Source of the DNA: an uncultured virus (IMG/VR IMGVR_UViG_3300000928_001655)
Lineage: Duplodnaviria > Heunggongvirae > Uroviricota > Caudoviricetes
Length of the DNA stretch: 64,000 nt
IMG/VR virus record: IMGVR_UViG_3300000928_001655
Direction: 5' to 3' (one strand)
A model generated the notes under the pieces. That model worked only from the letters and a program-made list of their open reading frames with translations. It was not told where the DNA came from and made no database searches. Of this stretch, positions 24,283 through 34,189 are shown piece by piece (positions within the stretch are counted from its first letter, which is position 1; every line of letters begins with the position of its first letter). The position numbers were made by a program, and so were the translations under genes.

Positions 24283-25685
24283 TGGAAACTGGTATCGGGT
24301 TACAAAATCCACTATTCTTTATTGGAGTTGTTGAGAACAACAACGATCCTCATGTAGAGGGTCGTGTTAAAGTACGTGCATTTTCTATTCACGGTAATAA
24401 CAAAGAAGTACCTGCGACTGATCTTCCTTGGGCGATCTGCGCAAAGGGTGATTACGATCCCAATGGTGTAGTACCACCTCTCAATTCATTTGTGTGGGGT
24501 ATGTTCCTTGATGGTAGAGATGCGCAACATCCTATTGTATTGGGTCTTATTCCATCTATGTTTGCCGAAGAAGTCAACCCAGATTTAAATGGTTGGGGTG
24601 TGATCCCAGATAAAGACGGTGATCTAGTTGCGAGAGGCGCAAGACCAAAAGATTATGGTAACCCACAAAATTCAAAACTTGCTCGTGGTGAATATATTAA
24701 TGAAACGTATGTCGCAGCACAAGAAATGAAACGTGTAGAAGACATTAAGATTGCAGGAGATCCCAAAGGTGAGGATGGTGAACCACTTAAGTTTAGTGAA
24801 CCCAATTCCGCATATAATGCAAAGTATCCACACAACCGTGTTATTGAAACATCAAAACACTCTATTGAAATCGATGACACGCCTGGTGCAGAACGTATTA
24901 TGGTTCATCATGGATCTGGTTCTTATGTTCAAATTGATAACCGTGGTACAACAACTAACAAAGCTGTTGGTGACAAATACGAAATAAACGATAAACAACA
25001 GCACGTCTATGTTGGTGGTCCAAGTATTGTGACTATTGACAGTGATGCATATGTCTATGTTAAAGGTAATAAGACAGAAGAGATTGAAGGCGATTACAAT
25101 CTTATTGTTCACGGTAACTATCAAGTTGGTGTGGGTCAAAGTTTATTCTTGAATTCAACACAACAAATACAGGCACGTGCCGCTGACATAATGATTGATG
25201 CAAACGTTGGTGCATTAGAGATGTTTGCGAAAGAAGAAACAAAGATCACTGCAGGTATTCAGTTAAACATGACTGCAAAGAAAATATTCTCACATGCCGC
25301 AGAAGAATGGCACGCTGTGTCAGATAGTTTTCTCAAGTTGCAATCTACTGATGGTATGTGGATTAACTCTGTAGAAGGTGGATTGAATATGAAAACATTG
25401 GAAAGTATCTTCGTGGAAACAGATGAGACAGTTTCTATTCGTGCAGGAAACGCAGTGAATGTAGATCCAGGCTCTGGTTTGGTTGATCTTGCAAGTGGAT
25501 CTGCAGGTAATGCATCTGCGGCGGAAGCGGAGATTGCAGAAGTTGCGGATCAATCAGAAATGCCAGAACCACCAACAGCGGGTACTGCAATTGCTGTTGC
25601 AAAGATCTCTTCAATGAACAATCCAGGCATCATAGCTACAGATGATGCAGTAGAAGATCAAGCATTCCCAGATGGTCCACAATGA
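24282..25685 (+). CDS. 5: Baseplate central spike gp5 (no lysozyme domain)
   Basis: GVVENNNDP..EGRVKVR...H....DLPWA OB-fold, AKYPHNRV.ET..H.IEIDDTPGAERI...H.SG and beta-helix repeats. Confidence 0.93.
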   Translation: METGIGLQNPLFFIGVVENNNDPHVEGRVKVRAFSIHGNNKEVPATDLPWAICAKGDYDPNGVVPPLNSFVWGMFLDGRDAQHPIVLGLIPSMFAEEVNPDLNGWGVIPDKDGDLVARGARPKDYGNPQNSKLARGEYINETYVAAQEMKRVEDIKIAGDPKGEDGEPLKFSEPNSAYNAKYPHNRVIETSKHSIEIDDTPGAERIMVHHGSGSYVQIDNRGTTTNKAVGDKYEINDKQQHVYVGGPSIVTIDSDAYVYVKGNKTEEIEGDYNLIVHGNYQVGVGQSLFLNSTQQIQARAADIMIDANVGALEMFAKEETKITAGIQLNMTAKKIFSHAAEEWHAVSDSFLKLQSTDGMWINSVEGGLNMKTLESIFVETDETVSIRAGNAVNVDPGSGLVDLASGSAGNASAAEAEIAEVADQSEMPEPPTAGTAIAVAKISSMNNPGIIATDDAVEDQAFPDGPQ

Positions 25686-25725
25686 TTTGTAATACATATT
25701 ATATAAGTTCAAAGGTTAAAAGACG

Positions 25726-27531
25726 ATGACATCCTATTGTATCGACAGAAATGACTTAATAACCCAGTCCAAGTTGCGGATTGGTACGTCTCCTATTGCG
25801 GATGCGAATGGAGAACTGAATGTTTATGCCATTGAAGACTTCAAGAAAAACTTTCTACAAAACATAGAAAACGATTCGTCTATTGATCCTGTCCAAGCAC
25901 AGGTTAATCAGTATGGTAATGTATTCTATCAATCAGTAACCACTGCAAATGCATTTTTAGGTTCTGAACAGTTAAGAGACTACCCAGAACTTCTTGATAG
26001 ATGGGAGAAAGGTGCAATCACTCCTTTAGAGTATGCACTCTTCGAGAAAGATTATCACTACACTCCCCCATCACTTATCAATGCTTGTAATAATGGTGAC
26101 TTAACTTGTCTCAAAAACCTCAACGCATTTTATCGTGATAGTAACGGATCAATCCTTGGTGGATTTTGTTCCATGTTACCCAGTGTTTTCGGTGCAATCG
26201 GTGGTTTCTTTACAATCATTGGTGCAATTGGGTCATTAATTAACAATGCACTATCGTTTCTGGACAAATTAAAAAACCTAGAAGATCCTATCAAAGCTAT
26301 AATCGAGAAAATTACAGTAACATCTTTAATTAATGCCATTAAAGAGAAGATTGGTAAGATTATTGAAGAGACATGGGACAAAGTAGTAGCAGTAGTTAAT
26401 AACTTTAATGTAGAAGAGATCATTGGTAACGTTAAAACTTTCATCGAAGAAAACGTTATTGCGACAGGTGCGGCAATAAAAGATAAAATTGCTTCTATCC
26501 TTACTGATGATTTAAAACAAAATCTAATAGACAAAGTAAAATCATTATTTGATTACGGTGTAAGTCTGTTTTCTAATCCTAACCTACAAAAGATCCAATT
26601 TTTAATCTCACGTTTCTGTGGAATGTTAGGACAAGTAGAGGCACTAATCCAAGATGTAAAAACACCTATGGATAACTATGCATTTAAATACCAAAGAGTG
26701 GTTGATAGACTGGAACGCATCTCTGGTCTTGCAACTGCATCTGCAGTAAGTGATGGTGCAACACGTTATTCTGATGATGCTCGTCGTGCGGTAATAAATA
26801 GTATGCATAAGCAATGGATGCCACCACTAAGTCAACAACAATCGGCACTGAATGAAATAAGAAGAAGCAGTTTAGAGGACCTTCCAACATCAGTCACTAA
26901 CTCTACCTTAACCTTTGATCAGGTATTAGATAATGTTGAACAAATTTTAAATGACCCAGAAAGTTCAAGACAGGATCACATTCCTGATAGATGGACTCAG
27001 AAGGGACAGTCTGCGAACTTGGTGAGACCTAAATCGAGGCCAGGGACGCAATATCACACACCGACTGGTGAACAACCTGCAAACGATATTGACCTAGATG
27101 CATCATCTTACGGTCTAGTACCGAGTTGGTCTGAAATTCAAATGGGTGACCATCCAAGGTTTGCATACCAAAGTCGGATGGGTGAAAGAGGATGGACTAA
27201 TGCATCACCAAGGGCGAAAGCTAAGTTGGCGGAGTTGCAAAAGAAGATTGGTACTAAGTTTATTATATTAAGTGCATATAGAGATGAACAGTTTCAAGCG
27301 CAATTGAGAAGAGAATCTGCGGCGAAAGGACAGTCCAAAGGAAAACTTGTAAATGGACAGTGGAACTATGGGGTTGCCTTTAGTTCTTACCATCTTCGGG
27401 GTCTTGCATTTGATATTGCCAGTAGTTCTATTCCCAACAGGGATGTGTTTAGAGCAGAAGCTGCTGCATTGAATGCAGTAGAGATCTTGAACTACGGATG
27501 GGGTATGCATGTTGCATGGCGTGGTAACTAA
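25726..27531 (+). CDS. Virion protein with a C-terminal peptidase M15 (Zn D-Ala-D-Ala peptidase-like) domain
   Basis: ILSAYRD, SYHLRGLAFDI and GMHVAW (H-x6-D...H zinc ligands); long helical N-terminal region. Confidence 0.8.
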   Translation: MTSYCIDRNDLITQSKLRIGTSPIADANGELNVYAIEDFKKNFLQNIENDSSIDPVQAQVNQYGNVFYQSVTTANAFLGSEQLRDYPELLDRWEKGAITPLEYALFEKDYHYTPPSLINACNNGDLTCLKNLNAFYRDSNGSILGGFCSMLPSVFGAIGGFFTIIGAIGSLINNALSFLDKLKNLEDPIKAIIEKITVTSLINAIKEKIGKIIEETWDKVVAVVNNFNVEEIIGNVKTFIEENVIATGAAIKDKIASILTDDLKQNLIDKVKSLFDYGVSLFSNPNLQKIQFLISRFCGMLGQVEALIQDVKTPMDNYAFKYQRVVDRLERISGLATASAVSDGATRYSDDARRAVINSMHKQWMPPLSQQQSALNEIRRSSLEDLPTSVTNSTLTFDQVLDNVEQILNDPESSRQDHIPDRWTQKGQSANLVRPKSRPGTQYHTPTGEQPANDIDLDASSYGLVPSWSEIQMGDHPRFAYQSRMGERGWTNASPRAKAKLAELQKKIGTKFIILSAYRDEQFQAQLRRESAAKGQSKGKLVNGQWNYGVAFSSYHLRGLAFDIASSSIPNRDVFRAEAAALNAVEILNYGWGMHVAWRGN

Positions 27532-27542
27532 GGAAAAGAAAT

Positions 27543-27959
27543 ATGACGTTAAACGTTTTTACACCAGTTCAGAAAAAGATTAGTCTTTATTCTGATTTTA
27601 AAAAGGATTTAGAAGTAAATCTCTTAACTGACGATGTCTCTGTACTAAGAGATGAAGACTCAGTTAAAGAAGCGATTCGTAATCTCCTTATGACAGACCG
27701 TGGTGAACGTTTGATGCAACCCAACCTTGGGGCAGGATTAAGACAATTACTCTTTGAGAATATGATACCTTCTACATTTGAACTGATTAAAGAAAGAGTT
27801 AAGTCTACTTTAGAAATATATGAACCACGTGCAGACATTATTGATATAACAGTCTCTGGTTCGTTAGATGAAGGCTCAGTTTTTGTTAACATAGTCTTTT
27901 TTATCAATAACAGAGAACAGCCTATCACACTTGACGTGATATTAGAGAGGACACGATAA
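27543..27959 (+). CDS. 25: Baseplate wedge subunit gp25
   Basis: SVKEAIRNLLMTDRGERLMQPNLG...LLFEN, YEPRA and LERTR. Confidence 0.95.
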   Translation: MTLNVFTPVQKKISLYSDFKKDLEVNLLTDDVSVLRDEDSVKEAIRNLLMTDRGERLMQPNLGAGLRQLLFENMIPSTFELIKERVKSTLEIYEPRADIIDITVSGSLDEGSVFVNIVFFINNREQPITLDVILERTR

Positions 27960-29929
27960 TGGCGACACCCAAACCAATAGTCGAACTTGACTTTGATGCC
28001 GCTAAAGCGCAATTAAAGCAATACTTAAAGTCGCAAACGCAATTCAAAGATTATAACTTTGAAGGTTCTAACATGAGTGTCATGTTGGATGTTCTTGCAT
28101 ACAATACATATCATAACAACTTCTATACCAACATGGCAATGAACGAGATGTTCCTTGACTCTGCAATGTTGCGTAACAGTGTTATATCCCATGCAAAAGA
28201 GTTGAACTATCTTCCTCGTTCTCGTAAGTCTCCTAAAGCAGTTGTTCGTGTACGTATTGATGATCCACAAGGAACCATTGAAGATCAGGTAGTTGTTATT
28301 CCAACATATACTGAATTCACAACATCCTTTCTTGGACAGACATTTAACTTCATTACAAACCAAACATATGTTGCCAGAAAGACTGCACCTAATGTTTGGG
28401 AATCAGAAGACATTGAGATCTTCGAAGGTGAAGTACTTGCAAGTTTCGAACGTGAAGGATTTATCATTGATGACAATGGTGTTCTAAGAGTTGCACTCTC
28501 TAACCCAGAAATCGATACAGACTCTCTTGTTTGTTTCATTGATGCGGAAGCAACAGAAAACCAGAACGTATTTACATTTAGATCAAGTATTTTCGGTGTG
28601 GGTGCTGAAGACAAAGTGTTCTATGTTGAACCATACTTTGATAACAGATACAATCTTTATTTCGGAAACAATGTTTTTGGTCTCCAACCAAGTGAGTTCG
28701 AAGACGTTAAAGTCCGATATCGTATTACAAGTGGTACGGAAGCAAATGGTGCAAATAAATTTACTACTGCATTCGTTCCAAACGTACAGATTACCACTAC
28801 TACTATACAAGCTGCCGCAGGTGGTGCTGAAAGAGAAACACTCGAAAGCATTAAAAGTAATGCACCTAAAGCATTGCAGATCCAAGATCGTGCGATTACA
28901 ACCAATGACTACGAGATCCTTTTAAAACAAGAATTCCCAGAGATCAATGCAGTTTCTGCATATGGTGGGGATCAATTGGAACCACCTCAGTTTGGTAAAG
29001 TTGCAATCAGTGTGTATCTTAATGACAACGCACAGTTGATTTCTCAAACACTTGCAAACTCATATATCGATTTCTTGAGAAACAGAACACCATTGACAAT
29101 TGAACCGTTCTTTGTTAAGACTGAATTCTTATATGCAGACTTAACTCTCACATTATCATACACATCTAAAGAGACAGAGAAGTCTCCAATGCAGATTGAA
29201 GCATTGGCAAGAGATGTTGTCAGTAGGTTCTCCGTAACTAATCTTAATAAATTCAAATCTAAGTTGAGACTTTCAAGATTATCAAAAGAATTAAACGACA
29301 TTGATACTGCAATTGATAGTAATTCTATTAAAGCAAAACCAATTATTGAATTCTCACCAACAATTAATCAAATATACAATCCAAGATTTGTTTTTGGTGC
29401 TCCACTTATTCGTCCTTACGCATACACGACTACAGAAGGGTTTACTAACTACAAACCTGCAATCGTATCAAGTGTTTACGATCTTGATGGTATCTGTGTG
29501 TTCTTCCAAGATGATGGTAAAGGTAATATTCAAATTGTGACTGATGACGTTGCAAATCCACAGATCGTTAAACCTAATGCAGGAACAGTTGATTATGTGA
29601 CAGGTGACGTGAAACTAGTAAACTTCGAAACTGAAAGTTATCCAGGCTCCGCAATTAAGATTTACGCAAATACTCAACAAGATGATATCACTTCTCCTAA
29701 TGGACGTGTGTTCTTGTTGCGTGACGAAGACGTTAAGACTGTCATCTATTTGGATGGTAAGTTAGTGGCATCCCAATCAACAGACGATAACGTCCCTGTG
29801 GTATTGACTGCTCCTGCTGAGAGTGGTGTAACTCTCAGGACTTCAGGTGGATCTGGATCTTCTGGTGGCGCAGGTGGATCAGTATACAGTGGCACATCAG
29901 TCGGATCATCAGGGTCATCGGGGTACTAA
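27959..29929 (+). CDS. 6: Baseplate wedge subunit gp6
   Basis: LDFD...FKDYNFEGS...LDVLAYNT, EMFLDSA..RNSVISHAKELNY.PRS, QDRAITTNDY and GTVDYVTG. Confidence 0.95.
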   Translation: MATPKPIVELDFDAAKAQLKQYLKSQTQFKDYNFEGSNMSVMLDVLAYNTYHNNFYTNMAMNEMFLDSAMLRNSVISHAKELNYLPRSRKSPKAVVRVRIDDPQGTIEDQVVVIPTYTEFTTSFLGQTFNFITNQTYVARKTAPNVWESEDIEIFEGEVLASFEREGFIIDDNGVLRVALSNPEIDTDSLVCFIDAEATENQNVFTFRSSIFGVGAEDKVFYVEPYFDNRYNLYFGNNVFGLQPSEFEDVKVRYRITSGTEANGANKFTTAFVPNVQITTTTIQAAAGGAERETLESIKSNAPKALQIQDRAITTNDYEILLKQEFPEINAVSAYGGDQLEPPQFGKVAISVYLNDNAQLISQTLANSYIDFLRNRTPLTIEPFFVKTEFLYADLTLTLSYTSKETEKSPMQIEALARDVVSRFSVTNLNKFKSKLRLSRLSKELNDIDTAIDSNSIKAKPIIEFSPTINQIYNPRFVFGAPLIRPYAYTTTEGFTNYKPAIVSSVYDLDGICVFFQDDGKGNIQIVTDDVANPQIVKPNAGTVDYVTGDVKLVNFETESYPGSAIKIYANTQQDDITSPNGRVFLLRDEDVKTVIYLDGKLVASQSTDDNVPVVLTAPAESGVTLRTSGGSGSSGGAGGSVYSGTSVGSSGSSGY

Positions 29930-29932
29930 TAA

Positions 29933-32896
29933 ATGGTCGATTATAACCAAGGAGAAATTCTAAAGAAGGTATCATTCTTCATTGATGCCCAGTTCCCTGC
30001 ACTCTATAAAGAGTACGGTCCTGAACTGGTGCAGTTAGTAAAAGATTATTATACTTTCTTAGAAACTGATACAAACCAGTCCGTCTACAACATCAGACGT
30101 ATCTTTGAGTATCGTGATGTCTCTACGACATTGTCGAGTATGGTTATTCATTGGCAAAGAAAGTATATGGCAGATCTTCCCCTTAAGGAAGATCAAGTTG
30201 TTTTTGTAATCAAGAATATTATGGACTTATACCGTGCCAAGGGTACGGAACAAGGTATCAAACTATTCTTCAGAGTATTCTATCAGGAAGACATTGGTGT
30301 CTATTATCCTGCGCAGAAAATGTTCAAACCTTCTGACTCCACTTGGAGAACAGGTACATTTCTACAAATGTTCCCAAATGATGGTGAATTTCTTTCCAAG
30401 ACTGGTGTAGAATACACCTATCTAGATTTACTTGGTAGAAACATTATCGGTTCTACGACAGGTGCAAAGGCTTCTGTGAACAAAATTAACTTTGTTCTCT
30501 TGAATGGTATCCTCACACCAATCCTCTACATTGACAACCTTCAAGGTAGTTTCATCAAATACGATGACGTGTTGTGTCAAATTGGTGGTGAAACAGTTTC
30601 GTTTGGTAAAGTCAATGGTTCATTGAATGCAATGACAATGGATACCAGATGGTCAGGGGCGACAACAGGTAACCAAGTCGGTGACATCTATGAAGTAGAA
30701 GGTACGTATGGTTACGGTGGACGTGCAATCGTTACTGGAATATCTGATGAGATAACAGGTTTCGTAGAATACGAATGGGTTGACGGTGGGTTCGGATACA
30801 CAGTAGAGAACACAAGACTTCTTGTGAGTGATCAAGTTATCATTCTTGATGGTACATCAACTTCAACTGAATGGGAAGTCGGTGAAACTATCGGTGACCG
30901 TTTCGGTAACGAAGGTATTGTGACAGGGTTTAACGAGGTTGCACTTGGAATTAAACTTAACGCAGGTGAAGAGTTTGACTTTGATCTTACACCAGAATTA
31001 AAACGCAGAAGTTATGGTAACACTGCGATATTCTATAATGACATTACAAATAAGAACTCATCTTCGCCAGGCATTCTCTACCCAGATGGTAGTCCACAAA
31101 TCGCAGATGATCAAGTTATTGCAGTTATTGATGACGTAGAGACAGTTTCTCTTATCACTGATCCTATTGCACCTTTCGTCACTGTACCAATTAACTCCGC
31201 AAACTATAACGCAGTGCCTCCTGCAGGTCAACCTATGTCTGGTACTGCAGATCCAGTTACTCTTGCAACACCTTTGAACCTTGCATTCGACTTAACACCG
31301 TTTGATATTGGTCGCATTGATATCTTTAGAAACGTAGATCCTGGCGTTAACTATACTAACGATGTTTGGGCTATTGCGCAAGATAGTCAGATGAAGCAAT
31401 TTGAACGTAAAGATCAGATCATTCAACTTGCATCTCCTGCCGCCGCAGGTTCATTCAACATCGATGAGATCATCACTGAAGCAAACACAGGCATCAGAGG
31501 TGTTGTCCGTAGTTCGAATACACAGGTTGGTTCGGTTACATTTACACCCTATGCGTACTATGGATTTAGTGGAACAAATAACGTTGTCAGACCAAACCAA
31601 CAAGTCTTTAACATTCTTGGTGTGGAAAGAGATTACGGATCACGTAACTTTGGTGACAATGCTGAGATTGATGCAGAAGTACAATTCGCCACAGGTAAAA
31701 TTGACGAAGTCAGGATCTTCAACTCAGGATTTGGATATGTCAACGGAGAAACCGCATACCTTGCGAACAACTCCATTCGTGTTGCAAAAGGAACGATCAC
31801 TGCAGAAACTCAAGGTACGACAGAGGGATACTGGTCAAACTTCAGTTCTCATCTCAACGGATACCAAGTAGATAGTGCAAACAACTATGCATACTTCGAC
31901 TCTTCTATGAAACTCCAAGACAGTGATTACTATCAAGAGTACTCATATGAAATCCGTAGTATGTTGGGTCTAGAAACATACGAAGACTTCTTAAAAGAAA
32001 ACATGCACACTGCAGGTACAAAACTCTTTGGACGTTTCTATTACCAGAGACAATTCGTTGCAGGTCCTGAAAAACGTGGTGTCAAACAACGTTTCTTACG
32101 TATCTTTAATGACAATGGTGAGTCAACTTCACCACTGGATATTGGTAACACATCTATTCTTACATCTGATATGTCAAACATCTTTGTGGATAGTACACCA
32201 ATTACATCTGATAACGATTCATCTGCAACTAACCCTGGCTCGTACACATATTCAATAACACCTATTGGTGGGACGAGTGTAGACGAAGGTCAAACAAAAA
32301 CATTTAACGTGTCAATTCCTAATTGGCCAAATGGAACAACAATATATTGGAGAATTGGTCCGACACCTGCTAGGGATGATGACTTCACCTTCCAAAGTGG
32401 TAATGTTGTTATGAGTAATGGTTCAGGTGGTTTCTCTGTTCAAGTCGCTGCAGATGCATTGACAGAAGGTACAGAAACATGGCACGTCACACTCAGAGTG
32501 GGTAGTGGTTCGGGTACTGTTGTTTACACTTCACCAGATTATACAATCAATGATACGTCACTCAACTTTGCACCAGATTATATAATTGGTGTATCGACAC
32601 CTGTATTTGATTATGTCATGACTGGTTCACATCGTGGTGCGGTATTTACTCTACCTGCCGCACAACCACCACTCACATTTAATGTAGGTGATAAGGTTAG
32701 ATTTGTTATCGACAGTGGGACACAAACCTCTCACCCATTCTACTTGAAAACATCTCAAGGAAGTGGGACAGGTAATCAAGTACCAAACGTCACAGGACAA
32801 GGTGGTGCAGTCTTAGAGTGGACTGCCATTGCAGGCGTGTACTATTATCAGTGTTCTGTCCATGGATCGATGAACAACACAATCACAGTAACATAA
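29933..32896 (+). CDS. 7: Baseplate wedge initiator gp7-like with C-terminal Calx-beta-like and cupredoxin-like domains
   Basis: IDAQFP, YRAKGTEQGIKLFFR and KLQDSDYYQEYSYEI...H.AG.KLFG. Tail has SVDEG/DALTEGTE and HPF...YYQCSVHGSM. Confidence 0.78.
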   Translation: MVDYNQGEILKKVSFFIDAQFPALYKEYGPELVQLVKDYYTFLETDTNQSVYNIRRIFEYRDVSTTLSSMVIHWQRKYMADLPLKEDQVVFVIKNIMDLYRAKGTEQGIKLFFRVFYQEDIGVYYPAQKMFKPSDSTWRTGTFLQMFPNDGEFLSKTGVEYTYLDLLGRNIIGSTTGAKASVNKINFVLLNGILTPILYIDNLQGSFIKYDDVLCQIGGETVSFGKVNGSLNAMTMDTRWSGATTGNQVGDIYEVEGTYGYGGRAIVTGISDEITGFVEYEWVDGGFGYTVENTRLLVSDQVIILDGTSTSTEWEVGETIGDRFGNEGIVTGFNEVALGIKLNAGEEFDFDLTPELKRRSYGNTAIFYNDITNKNSSSPGILYPDGSPQIADDQVIAVIDDVETVSLITDPIAPFVTVPINSANYNAVPPAGQPMSGTADPVTLATPLNLAFDLTPFDIGRIDIFRNVDPGVNYTNDVWAIAQDSQMKQFERKDQIIQLASPAAAGSFNIDEIITEANTGIRGVVRSSNTQVGSVTFTPYAYYGFSGTNNVVRPNQQVFNILGVERDYGSRNFGDNAEIDAEVQFATGKIDEVRIFNSGFGYVNGETAYLANNSIRVAKGTITAETQGTTEGYWSNFSSHLNGYQVDSANNYAYFDSSMKLQDSDYYQEYSYEIRSMLGLETYEDFLKENMHTAGTKLFGRFYYQRQFVAGPEKRGVKQRFLRIFNDNGESTSPLDIGNTSILTSDMSNIFVDSTPITSDNDSSATNPGSYTYSITPIGGTSVDEGQTKTFNVSIPNWPNGTTIYWRIGPTPARDDDFTFQSGNVVMSNGSGGFSVQVAADALTEGTETWHVTLRVGSGSGTVVYTSPDYTINDTSLNFAPDYIIGVSTPVFDYVMTGSHRGAVFTLPAAQPPLTFNVGDKVRFVIDSGTQTSHPFYLKTSQGSGTGNQVPNVTGQGGAVLEWTAIAGVYYYQCSVHGSMNNTITVT

Positions 32897-32899
32897 ATA
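32892..32899 (+). promoter_or_regulatory. Late promoter variant
   Basis: CATAAATA immediately upstream of the gene at 32929. Confidence 0.55.
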
Positions 32900-32928
32900 T
32901 TTAAAAACACTTCAGGAAGGTACTTTCA

Positions 32929-34188
32929 ATGGCAAAACAAACGGTAGACATCGGTCAAGCCCCAAATGATGGAACTGGTGATCCGTTAAGAATCGCCATG
33001 GATAAGATTAACGATAACATGAACGAAATTTATCGTTCTATCGGTGGTCTTGGGTCAACAACACTTCTTAACATGGTAGCTACAAACGCTCCAAGTGGAA
33101 CTGCACCAACTTTGTCTGTTCAAAACGTGTGGAACCCTATTTCATTTAAGATCGATACAGAAGCAGAACTATGGGCACTTTCGCCTGGTGCTTATCATGG
33201 GTGCATCGCACACGTACATGAAACAGGCGCAATGTATTACGCTCATCAGAAGTGGAATAAGATGCTATCTGATAATGCGAACAATGATATTGGAGATTAT
33301 GACGACAGTCTTTCAAATCTTGCATACACTGGAATGTTGACAGATGCGAATAACTCTGGGTTTGATCTCTTAGATCTTGATGGTATTGTTGATGGTACAT
33401 CTAATCAGGTCCTTTCAACAGATGGTTCGGGGACATTCACCTTCGTTGATCAAACAGGTGGTGGTGCCGCAGGTGCAAACACCTTTGGTACAATCTCAGT
33501 TGCAGGTTCTTTAGATGTTGTTGCTGATAGTCTTACTGACAACTTGACATTGATTGCAGGTACTGGTATGACGATCAGTGCAAACTCAGTTTCAGATTCT
33601 ATTACATTCTCATCAACAGCAGTTGGTGGTGCAGGTGGTGCCGCAAATACATTCTCAACAATTGCAGTTGCAGGTCAAACAAGTGTAGTTGCAGATTCAA
33701 CTGCAGACACTCTTAATCTTACCGCAGGTACTGGTATTGCGATTACAACAAATGCCGCAACAGACGAGGTTACTATTGCCGCATCTGGTGGTGCAGGTTT
33801 CACTCCCTCACGTATCTCTCAGACAGTTTCATCTGCAAGTATTGCAGACGATGCAGAGGCAGACATTGCATTTGCAAACTTAGGTGTTTCTTATTGTCTG
33901 TATTCAATGCAAACTGATTATGCATCAAGAGTAAGAATTTACAAGGATGCCGCATCACGTACTGCAGACCAATCTCGTCCACAAGGTACAGATCCTACTG
34001 AGGGTAGTGGTGTTATTGCAGAATTCATTACATCTTCTGCGAACACATTCGTTACTACTCCTGCAATCTTTGGATTTGTAGACAATAGACCTACAGAGAC
34101 TGAGATCCCTGTAAGAGTAACTAACTTATCTGGTTCAACTTATCCTATCACGATTACACTTACTGGTCTTAAACTAGAAAGCGCATAA
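32929..34188 (+). CDS. Baseplate/fibre structural protein with a gp9/gp10-like N-terminus
   Basis: MAKQTVDIG..PNDGTGDPLR.A..KIN motif; two internal ANTF.TI.VAG...VVADS..D.L.L.AGTG repeats. Confidence 0.75.
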   Translation: MAKQTVDIGQAPNDGTGDPLRIAMDKINDNMNEIYRSIGGLGSTTLLNMVATNAPSGTAPTLSVQNVWNPISFKIDTEAELWALSPGAYHGCIAHVHETGAMYYAHQKWNKMLSDNANNDIGDYDDSLSNLAYTGMLTDANNSGFDLLDLDGIVDGTSNQVLSTDGSGTFTFVDQTGGGAAGANTFGTISVAGSLDVVADSLTDNLTLIAGTGMTISANSVSDSITFSSTAVGGAGGAANTFSTIAVAGQTSVVADSTADTLNLTAGTGIAITTNAATDEVTIAASGGAGFTPSRISQTVSSASIADDAEADIAFANLGVSYCLYSMQTDYASRVRIYKDAASRTADQSRPQGTDPTEGSGVIAEFITSSANTFVTTPAIFGFVDNRPTETEIPVRVTNLSGSTYPITITLTGLKLESA

Positions 34189-34189
34189 A

